DNA of 59,621 nucleotides from a virus. Taxonomy: Duplodnaviria > Caudoviricetes. The stretch is taken from positions 1-59,621 of IMG/VR virus record IMGVR_UViG_3300042197_002679, one strand, 5' to 3'. Position 1 is the stretch's first letter; each line of letters starts with the position of its first letter. This document shows positions 1 through 8,500 of the stretch, in pieces. Below the pieces are notes generated by a model. That model did not search any database and was not told the origin of the DNA. It saw nothing but the letters and a program-made list of their open reading frames with translations. The position numbers were made by a program, and so were the translations under genes.

Positions 1-2
1 GT

Positions 3-140
3 CGCAAAATCTTCTTCCTGTATCACTTTGCTCCCGATCGTTATACTCAATTCACGGACCTGATGTATACTCTGAACACCGATTATCATCAAGGTCTGAT
101 CACTAAAGAGCAGTTTGATAATACACTTCTGGCATTCTGA
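3..140 (+). CDS. Partial small hypothetical protein (3' end: ...RKIFFLYHFAPDRYTQFTDLMYTLNTDYHQGLITKEQFDNTLLAF)
   Basis: The only + frame open from the window start to TGA at 138-140; translated by hand. Confidence 0.55.
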   Translation, partial: RKIFFLYHFAPDRYTQFTDLMYTLNTDYHQGLITKEQFDNTLLAF

Positions 141-230
141 TTATCTCTTCTAACTGATCATCAAGGGGAATGAGATGCGCCCTATAAAGACACTCACTCA
201 ACACACAGTTACTAACACACAAAACACAAA

Positions 231-356
231 ATGTCCAAGCAAGTTCTTATCTCTCTTCTGGCACAAGGTAACAACGGAAATGAAATTCTTCAGATCCTGG
301 ATACTCTTGCTGCTGATGCTGTGAATGATACTGAGGAGGCAGAAGTCGAGTTCTGA
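231..356 (+). CDS. 41-aa acidic peptide MSKQVLISLLAQGNNGNEILQILDTLAADAVNDTEEAEVEF
   Basis: ATG follows an unstructured A/C-rich leader; below the ORF-track cutoff; followed by a GC hairpin. Confidence 0.7.
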   Translation: MSKQVLISLLAQGNNGNEILQILDTLAADAVNDTEEAEVEF

Positions 357-371
357 TTGATACTAACTGTG

Positions 372-410
372 GGGGCACTGGTTGACACTGGTGCCCCTTT
401 ATGTTATACT
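372..410 (+). promoter_or_regulatory. Sigma70-type promoter TTGACA-17-TATACT (with TGn), -35 in the loop of a GC hairpin that may also terminate the upstream gene
   Basis: TTGACA 382-387, 17-nt spacer, TATACT 405-410; stem GGGGCACTGG/CTGGTGCCCC followed by TTT. Confidence 0.75.
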
Positions 411-606
411 CATAAGTATATGCGTAACAGCAGTATGTTTATGCGTTGATATCGTCGTTTGGCAGTGTTTTGCGGTCGGGGGGTTATAGCGGCGGGCGGC
501 GTTGTTATTAATGCCCCCCGTATTAAAAAAAGCAAACTACCCTAACCTACAGAGGTGACAAATCGACCTCTAAATATCACTTTCATAAAAAATTTCCGGA
601 AGTAAA

Positions 607-762
607 ATGCACTCACAATACCTTTCTAGATACTATCACCGAAAACCTTATTGGACATTCTGGAAAGTTATACTTGCAGGTTGGATCATTCGCTATCCAA
701 AACTTGTATGGGTGCCCTTTGGATTTTTATTTGCAGTCATATATAATGCAGTAACAAAATAA
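607..762 (+). CDS. 51-aa putative membrane peptide (MHSQYLSRYYHRKPYWTFWKVILAGWIIRYPKLVWVPFGFLFAVIYNAVTK)
   Basis: Hand translation; GGAAG upstream of ATG; hydrophobic/aromatic C-terminal half; CTAAATA late-promoter-like motif at 570-576. Confidence 0.65.
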   Translation: MHSQYLSRYYHRKPYWTFWKVILAGWIIRYPKLVWVPFGFLFAVIYNAVTK

Positions 763-798
763 GATTTGTTACAAAAATTTTCCGGAGATATTTTTTGT

Positions 799-990
799 AT
801 GGAAAAGATTTATCACATCTATGCAAAAGATAGATGTTTATTTCATTCACTTAAAGAAGAAGAATTTTCAACTACTTGGGACATTTTAAACAATATGATT
901 GGTATTATGAAAACTGATTATCTTATTGAAGATCTATCATACGAAGAATTAAGTGTTAATAAAGAAGTAGCACTTAATTCTTCGTATTGA
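799..990 (+). CDS. Small hypothetical phage protein (MEKIYHIYAKDRCLF...)
   Basis: ORF track; ATG at 799 preceded by GGAG. Confidence 0.75.
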   Translation: MEKIYHIYAKDRCLFHSLKEEEFSTTWDILNNMIGIMKTDYLIEDLSYEELSVNKEVALNSSY

Positions 991-1015
991 CAAACCATAT
1001 ATAAACTGTTAAAAT
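987..1015 (+). promoter_or_regulatory. Sigma70-type promoter TTGACA-17-TAAAAT for the glycosyltransferase-like gene
   Basis: TTGACA 987-992, TGn, TAAAAT 1010-1015. Confidence 0.7.
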
Positions 1016-1039
1016 CTGAACTGAAAGTTATTTAATCTT

Positions 1040-1804
1040 ATGGCAAAAGGATTTACTGTTAAAGCTGCTGCACCAAAACCTAAAGAAGAATGGGATATTG
1101 ATGCGATTAAAGAAAGAATGCGTGGAAAGAGTATTGTATTCTGTCTTCCTGGTCGAGGGTGTTCTTTTATTTTTCTAAAAGCATTTGTACAACTGTGCTT
1201 TGATATGGTACAGAATGGTATGAGTATTCAAATTTCTCAAGACTATTCATCGATGGTTAATTTTGCGCGGTGCAAGTGTCTTGGTGCAAATGTACTTCGT
1301 GGACCAAAACAAATTCCTTGGGATGGAAAATTGCAATATGATTATCAACTTTGGATTGATAGCGATATTGTTTTTGATACAAATAAGTTCTGGCAACTTT
1401 GTGATCTGGCAATTTCGGAAGACGGCACCGAAAAGGAAGTAGTTGCTGGGTGGTATGCTACCGAAGACGGTCACACAACTTCTGTCGCACATTGGTTAGA
1501 GGAAGATGATTTCCGTAAGAATGGGGGAGTCATGAATCATGAAACTGTGGAATCGATCAGCAAGCGTCGTAAGCCATTTACTGTAGATTACACTGGTTTT
1601 GGATGGGTGCTTATTAAGAAAGGTGTATTTGAAAATCTTGAATACCCTTGGTTTGCTCCAAAGATGCAAGTGTTTGAATCTGGCAATGTTCAGGATATGT
1701 GTGGTGAAGATGTTTCATTCTGTCTTGATGCAAAAGAAGCAGGATTTGAAATTTGGTGTGATCCACGTATTCGTGTCGGACATGAAAAGACTCGTATTAT
1801 CTAA
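1040..1804 (+). CDS. Glycosyltransferase-like protein (GT-A fold)
   Basis: ARC..L, LWIDSDI (DxD), YTGFGWVLI, GEDVSFC and VGHEK motifs typical of GT2-like enzymes. Confidence 0.8.
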   Translation: MAKGFTVKAAAPKPKEEWDIDAIKERMRGKSIVFCLPGRGCSFIFLKAFVQLCFDMVQNGMSIQISQDYSSMVNFARCKCLGANVLRGPKQIPWDGKLQYDYQLWIDSDIVFDTNKFWQLCDLAISEDGTEKEVVAGWYATEDGHTTSVAHWLEEDDFRKNGGVMNHETVESISKRRKPFTVDYTGFGWVLIKKGVFENLEYPWFAPKMQVFESGNVQDMCGEDVSFCLDAKEAGFEIWCDPRIRVGHEKTRII

Positions 1805-1953
1805 TGAAAAGATATAACGTACTTTATCAAGGACGTAAAATTTATCAAAATCTCACTGAGGAAGAATGTAGTAATATTCTTCAAGACTTCTCCGAAAAGT
1901 TTTATGAAGGAGAAGAAATATATCCAGAACTCATTGAATTGGAGGAAGTTTAA
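1804..1953 (+). CDS. 49-aa acidic hypothetical protein (MKRYNVLYQGRKIYQNLTEEEC...)
   Basis: TAATG translational coupling at both ends; hand translation. Confidence 0.7.
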   Translation: MKRYNVLYQGRKIYQNLTEEECSNILQDFSEKFYEGEEIYPELIELEEV

Positions 1954-2096
1954 TGGCAAATCGCAAATCTCTGAGTGGCTCAGCACAAATTGAGTCGCAT
2001 CCAAAAAACACTCGACAGGGACTTGGGAAGAATACAAGATATTCTGCAACCAGCAGAAACAAAGCAAAGAAACCTTATCGAGGACAAGGTAAATAA
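1953..2096 (+). CDS. 47-aa very basic peptide ending KKPYRGQGK
   Basis: GGAGG SD, TAATG coupling, followed by a terminator. Confidence 0.75.
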   Translation: MANRKSLSGSAQIESHPKNTRQGLGKNTRYSATSRNKAKKPYRGQGK

Positions 2097-2101
2097 TCTA
2101 C

Positions 2102-2140
2102 AAAGCACTTAGAGGTCTCTTTAAGTGCTTTTTTATTTTT
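2102..2140 (+). terminator. Rho-independent terminator
   Basis: AAAGCACTTA...TAAGTGCTTT stem followed by a T-tract. Confidence 0.8.
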
Positions 2141-2223
2141 TATAATTAGTTACCGGAAGCGCCGTCGTTTCTCGTCCTGAAGAAAACCGTAACCCGAAAA
2201 CCTAAAACACAGAAATCCTTTGA

Positions 2224-2919
2224 ATGTCTTACCTAAACCACAATCTTCCCACGATTACTTGCTATATTCGTAATGAATTTCTCTTTAATCATAAAAAAGG
2301 TCATGGGGAGGTAACTTTATGTGACGTACACTCTGTAGCGTCCTTAGAGAAGCACGTACCCCTCTTTGAGGCGTTTTTAGAGAATGGGGTGAACTGGACT
2401 CGAAGACCAATTCATGCATTTTGTTGGAAACCAGATGCGCCCGTTCCTGAATTAGAAGAATGTATGTGGTGGGATTGTTTTTCTCCATATATCGATGTTC
2501 AAGTACGATCAAGATTGTCTAACTTACGTGCTGAACTGATCAATTATAAAGGGAAAAAGAATGAAGGAACTTATATGTTTACTCTTGATTGGTCATGGGA
2601 ATCAAAATCGACGTTAAATACAAATTTTAGTGAGACCCCAGAACACAAATGTGCCCATTTTTTCAAGATGGACAATGGAAACTTCTATGCATACCCAAAT
2701 AATAAGATTTTATGGTACGATGATGCATGGACTCGCAATAGAATTACTAAAAATCCAGGATATGAAATTGATTTAACCGAATATTCTGTTGAAAATCGTC
2801 GTAAAATTGAGACATCAGACGATTTTATGTACGAAATTAAAGAAATTCGGGATAGCAACCCCGTAAAAAGTTCTGATTTAACAAATCAGGAGCAAAACAA
2901 TGACCAAACAAGTCGATAA
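2224..2919 (+). CDS. Hypothetical protein (Trp/His/Cys-rich)
   Basis: 231-aa ORF in the coding orientation; no recognised function. Confidence 0.8.
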   Translation: MSYLNHNLPTITCYIRNEFLFNHKKGHGEVTLCDVHSVASLEKHVPLFEAFLENGVNWTRRPIHAFCWKPDAPVPELEECMWWDCFSPYIDVQVRSRLSNLRAELINYKGKKNEGTYMFTLDWSWESKSTLNTNFSETPEHKCAHFFKMDNGNFYAYPNNKILWYDDAWTRNRITKNPGYEIDLTEYSVENRRKIETSDDFMYEIKEIRDSNPVKSSDLTNQEQNNDQTSR

Positions 2920-3160
2920 AGACGAAAAATTTATGAAAAATGAGTGGGGAACTGAATTTTTATCATCAGAATATGGTTGGGAAGCAAAAATAGAAAAGCA
3001 AAAAATTCTTCGTGAAATTAAAAATGACGATTTAACGCCAAAAAAACACGATTTTTATATTCAAAATGAAATTCACGAATTAATTCGCAATGATGACGAT
3101 TATGATGATTGGGAATATGGAACAGAACCTCTTTATGAGTCAAAAATCCCGAATAAATAA
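2900..3160 (+). CDS. Acidic hypothetical protein
   Basis: 86-aa ORF with AGGAG SD. Confidence 0.75.
   Translation: MTKQVDKDEKFMKNEWGTEFLSSEYGWEAKIEKQKILREIKNDDLTPKKHDFYIQNEIHELIRNDDDYDDWEYGTEPLYESKIPNK
3153..3159 (+). promoter_or_regulatory. gp55-dependent late promoter ATAAATA. Other copies: 17955, 27424, 29747, 31261, 36499, 39395, 41098, 41314, 42559, 45275, 46772. CTAAATA variants: 570, 38779, 45776, 54630
   Basis: T4 late consensus is TATAAATA; the motif recurs shortly upstream of structural gene starts. Confidence 0.75.
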
Positions 3161-3179
3161 GATAGATTTATAGTATTCA

Positions 3180-3581
3180 ATGCCTTTAGAAAGGGTAAGT
3201 CAAAGTTTCAAAGACATCAGTATGACTTTTCAGAGCAATCCTCTGAACAGTGATTTAATTGCACTTAGAAATGAAAATGCAATTGCTCGTTCAATCAGAA
3301 ACATTGTCTTTACTGTTCCTGGAGAAAAATTTTATGATGAAACTTTTGGATCAAACATTTCAAATTCATTATTTGAAAATATTGATGACATCACGGCTTC
3401 AATCATTGTAGATGAAATTAAACAATCAATTATAAATTTTGAACCAAGAGTAAATTTAATCGACGTTCAAGCATTTCCTGATTTTGATAATAATGCATTT
3501 GATGTCATAATTACATATGAAATCGTAGGAGCAGATGTTCCAGCACAAGAATTACAGTTTGTTTTGCAACCAACTAGGTAA
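3180..3581 (+). CDS. gp25: Baseplate wedge subunit gp25
   Basis: FKDIS, AIARSIRNIVFTVPGEK, FGS and FEPRV motifs; lies upstream of gp6. Confidence 0.92.
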   Translation: MPLERVSQSFKDISMTFQSNPLNSDLIALRNENAIARSIRNIVFTVPGEKFYDETFGSNISNSLFENIDDITASIIVDEIKQSIINFEPRVNLIDVQAFPDFDNNAFDVIITYEIVGADVPAQELQFVLQPTR

Positions 3582-3583
3582 AA

Positions 3584-5530
3584 ATGACACTAGTCAATTT
3601 CTCTAATCTAGATTTCGATCAGATTAAAACAACACTTAAAGATTACTTGAAGTCAAATTCAAACTTCACTGATTATGACTTTGAGGGGTCAAATTTATCC
3701 ACAATTCTTGATGTATTAGCATATAACACATATATTACTTCATATAATGCAAATATGGTTGCAAATGAAGTTTTTATTGATAGTGCAACACTTAGGGAAA
3801 ATGTTGTTGCTCTTGCTCGAAACATTGGATATATTCCAAAATCAAGAAAATCTTCAAGAGCAACAATCAGTTTTTTCGTGGACTGCTCAAACCCAACAGA
3901 ATTTCCAGTCATACCGGTATCATTAACTCTTAAAAAAGGTCCAGTAGCTAGCACTTCTGGAACTTTTGGAACCCAGTCTTTCGTTTTTTCAATCTTGGAA
4001 GACATCACAGTCCCAGTTTTCAACAATATTGCAACATTCAATAATATAACAATTTACGAAGGATCTTTGTTAACCTCAAATTTTACTTTTAGCACAAGAA
4101 ATATAAATCAAAGATTTATATTGCCAAACACTGGTGTTGATACTGAATTAATTTCAGTAAATGTCAAATCAAATGCGCAAGCATCTTCTCAAGTTTCATA
4201 TGTTCTTCAAGATAATTTGTTCTCAGTAAATTCGGAATCTAAAGTTTATTATTTGCAAGAAATTGAAGATGAAAGATATGAATTGTTATTTGGTGATGGT
4301 ATTTTTGGTAAAGCATTGGAAGAGGGAAATTATATTACTGCAGACTACATTGTCTCAAATGGAGATAGCGCGAATGGGATTAACCAATTTACTTTTTCTG
4401 GAAGACTCACATATACAAGAAATTCTATAGTGTATAATGCAACATCTGGCATATCACTATTAACTGCAGGATTACCATCTTCTGGTGGTGAAAATATTGA
4501 ATCGGTAGAATCTATTAAAAAATTTGCTCCAAGAATTTATGCTTCTCAAAATAGAGCTTTGACTGCAGATGATTATGAAACTTTAATACCATCTAAAATT
4601 TATCCAGAAACCGAATCAATTTCAGTTTTTGGTGGCGAAGAATTAATTCCACCTCAATATGGAAAAGTTTTTATTAGCATCAAACCAAGATTTGGAGATT
4701 TCTTACCAAATCTTGTGAAAGAAAATATTAAACTAAAATTGAAAAAATATGCTGTTGCGGGAATAGTTCCGGAGATTTTAGATTTAAAGTATCTTTATAT
4801 TGAAATAAATTCAAAAGTTTATTACAATACAAATCTTGCCCCATCCTCTGAATATGTTTCATCAATTGTCCAAAATAATGCAACAAAATATTCAGAATCA
4901 TCTGAATTAAATAAATATGGTGCTAGATTTAAATATAGTAAATTTTTAAAAGTTATTGACGATAGTCACGAATCTGTAACTTCAAATATTACAACTTTAC
5001 AAATAAGAAGAGATCTGCGAATTACTTTAAATACTTTTGCGGAATATCAAATTGGATTTGGAAACGAATTTAATATTAATAGTATGAATGGATATAATAT
5101 CAAATCAAGTGCGTTTAGAATATCTGGAATACAGCAAAATGTTTATCTATCAGATCTTCCAAACACCAATAGAGTAGATGGTTCTTTATTTTTATTCACT
5201 TTACCTTCATTGAATTCTACAAATCCCACTATAGTGAGAAGAAATGTTGGTAATATAAATTATAAGCAAGGAATTATAACATTAAATCCAGTTAATGTGC
5301 AGGCAGGAAAACTAAAAGATGGACAAACAATTATTGAAATATCTGCAACTCCTCGATCAAATGATGTAGTTGGATTGCAGGATTTATATTTGCAGCTAGA
5401 TATTAATAACAGCAATTTTGAAATGGTCGTGGATAATATATCATCCGGTCTTGATCCATCCGCGTCGAATTATATTTCATCTTCAAGTTATGTAAATGGT
5501 GCTTTAGTAAGATCTACAAGCATTTCATAA
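3584..5530 (+). CDS. gp6: Baseplate wedge subunit gp6
   Basis: LDFDQIK..FTDYDFEGSNLS..LAYNT..E.FIDSATLRENVV; QNRALTADDY. Confidence 0.95.
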   Translation: MTLVNFSNLDFDQIKTTLKDYLKSNSNFTDYDFEGSNLSTILDVLAYNTYITSYNANMVANEVFIDSATLRENVVALARNIGYIPKSRKSSRATISFFVDCSNPTEFPVIPVSLTLKKGPVASTSGTFGTQSFVFSILEDITVPVFNNIATFNNITIYEGSLLTSNFTFSTRNINQRFILPNTGVDTELISVNVKSNAQASSQVSYVLQDNLFSVNSESKVYYLQEIEDERYELLFGDGIFGKALEEGNYITADYIVSNGDSANGINQFTFSGRLTYTRNSIVYNATSGISLLTAGLPSSGGENIESVESIKKFAPRIYASQNRALTADDYETLIPSKIYPETESISVFGGEELIPPQYGKVFISIKPRFGDFLPNLVKENIKLKLKKYAVAGIVPEILDLKYLYIEINSKVYYNTNLAPSSEYVSSIVQNNATKYSESSELNKYGARFKYSKFLKVIDDSHESVTSNITTLQIRRDLRITLNTFAEYQIGFGNEFNINSMNGYNIKSSAFRISGIQQNVYLSDLPNTNRVDGSLFLFTLPSLNSTNPTIVRRNVGNINYKQGIITLNPVNVQAGKLKDGQTIIEISATPRSNDVVGLQDLYLQLDINNSNFEMVVDNISSGLDPSASNYISSSSYVNGALVRSTSIS

Positions 5531-5569
5531 TATAAAAATTACTAATTAAGAAAATAAAATCCAATTAAA

Positions 5570-8500
5570 ATGACAGTAAAAAGAATTCAGTTTAGTAATA
5601 TTGTACAAAATCAACTTCCTGCATATGTTAGGGAAGAATTTCCTTTGATATCTGAATTTTTAAAGCAATATTATATCTCACAAGAGTTTCAAGGAGCTCC
5701 ATTAGATCTTATTCAAAATATTGATGAATACATCAAATTAAATGAAACAACAAATTTATCAGAAACATTGATATTGGGGACAGATGCAACTTTTGACGAT
5801 GATACAATAGTTATAGATTTAATTGCATCTCCTACAGGAACAGATGGATTTCCAGATTCTTATGGACTATTAAAAATTAATAATGAAATTATTACTTACA
5901 CGGGAAAAACATTCTCTTCCTTTACTGGATGTATTAGAGGATTTTCTGGTATAACCACTTACGTTACGGAAAACAATCCAGAGCAACTTACATTTTCCAC
6001 ATCAAGCGCAGAGGAACACGCTGGTAGTGTTTATGATGAAACAACAGGAGAATTAATATTTCTTGGAAGTAAAATAAACAATTTAAACGCACTTTTTTTA
6101 AAAGAATTTTTGACCAAGATAAAACATCAATTTTTACCCGGATTGGATGGAAGAAATTTAAATTCCCAATTAAATCAAAATCTTTTTATAAAACAATCAA
6201 AAGATTTTTATTTATCAAGAGGAACAGATAGATCATTTGAAATATTATTTAAGTCTTTATATAATGAGGATGTAAAAATTGTACGACCAGGTGATTATTT
6301 AATTACTCCTTCAAATGCAAATTATACAATTACAAATAATTTAGTTGTCGAAAGTATTTCTGGAGACCCATTACAACTTAAAAACTCTACCATTTTTCAG
6401 GACAAATATGGAGATACATTTACTAAGTCATATGCCCCAATTACAAAAGTAGAAAAAGTTATTTCTGGGATTGGTCAAACTTTTTATAAAATTAGTTATG
6501 ATGCTGGATATAATAGAGATATTAGAGTTGAAGGTGCATTGTATGGAAATTTTAAAGTTCATCCAAAAACAAGACTTATTGGACAAGTCTCTGCTGGAAC
6601 TACAATAATTGATGTAGATTCAACTGTCGGATTTAACAATAGTGGAGAACTTTTTGTCACCTATGAGGATACTACAACTGGTATAGTGTCATATACATCA
6701 AAATCATTAACTCAATTTTATGGGTGTTCTGGTATAAATGGAGAAATCTTAGATAAGTCTGATGTTGGTATTAATACTTATGCATATGGCAAATATTTTC
6801 TTGACGGATCAGAGGAAATAGTAAAATTTAGAATTAGTTCCGTATTAAATTCTATTGACTACCCAGATAATACATATTACAATTCAATAAATGACTCCAT
6901 TTTAATAAAAACTTTGGGTTCAAAAGCAAAAGATTTTGTTTCAAAAAATTGGTTTTATAATATATCTTCAACTTATCAAGTTTTAAGCATATCAATTGCA
7001 GATTCATCAAATAATACATATAGATTAACATTAGATACTGAACATTATTTAAAAATAGGAGACAAAATTAAAATTTTTGGGTCTGATAATATTGAAAAGG
7101 ATTCATTTGTTGTAGAAATTTTATCAGATAAATCCTTCATAATTACAGGACAGGGGCAATTATCGTTAACTGATACTTATACAGTTAAACGAAAGTTGTT
7201 AAAGGGGGAATCCAATACATTTCCAAATATTTCTAATTTTTCTGCAAATGTTCAAAATGTTTATACTGATTCTTCTGAGACTGGAAGTAAATCTAAAAAA
7301 ATATTAGTATCTTCTCAGTCCTTGCCATATTACAACGGACAACCTTTAGATGCAACGGACAGGTCAGTAGTTTTTTCTGGAACTTTTTTGGGAAATGAAT
7401 TTGCAATTTCATCATCTGATCATAATTTTTATACCGGAGATGCTGTTTACTATAAATCTTCCAGCAGTGTTCCACTTTTTGATGAGGGGCTTTATTTTAT
7501 TAAGAGAGTTAATTCGACAAAAATAAAATTATCTAAAAGTAGGACTGATATTTTTAATTTAAAATTTGTATCGGTTGACAATGAAACTACCGTAACAAAT
7601 GACAAATTAATACCATATAAATTTTATTTAAAAACTTTATATCCCCAAAATCTTCTTAGAGAAATTTCTGAACCAATATCGGACGGAAAATTATACGAAA
7701 CAATTCCTGGAACTACAGGGATTTTAATAAATGGCGTAGAGATACTTAATTATAAATCAACAGATACACTTTATTATGGCAAATTAGATGAAATTGAAGT
7801 TATTTCGCCAGGAAACAATTATGATATTATTGATCCTCCAATATTAAACATAGCAGATAATGTTGGAACAGGAGCAACTGGATATGTTACAGTTTCTGGG
7901 TCTTTAAAAGAAATTAGAATTTTAGATTCGGGATTTGATTATATTGAAACCCCAACAGTTAGCATTACTGGTGGTAATGGTGTGGGTGCTATTGCCAATG
8001 TAAATATGAAACTAATTGAGCACTCTACCGAATTCTTTTCCGATTTTGGATCTTCTCAAGTAAGTTTGGGATCTTCACTTTCTACTATAGGATTTGGCAC
8101 ATACCATAAATTTAGAAATGCGGAGCAAGTAATATATCAAACACAATCTCAACTTGCTATTGGAGGAATTACAACAAACTCATCATATTTTGTTTCTGTA
8201 GTAAATCCATTAACTGTAAAGTTACATAAAACACAAATTGACGCAATATCAGGCATTAATACAGTAGTTCTAACTTCTTATGGTATCGGCAAACATAATT
8301 TAAAATCATACAATAAAAAATCTGTAGTAGAATCTATCAATGTAATATCTGAGGGTGTTGGATATCAAAATAAACAGAGAACATCAAATTCTTCAGGAAT
8401 AAGTACTTTTTCTAACCAAATATTAATTACAAATCACGATTATGCATCGGGAGAAATAGTTAAGTATGTTGCGTCAGGATCGCCTGTAGGGGGTCTTATA

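Noticed and set aside
2141-2223. GC-richer non-coding stretch after TATAAT, a possible small RNA
   Set aside because: Only weak pairing was found; it is most simply the 5' leader of the ORF at 2224.
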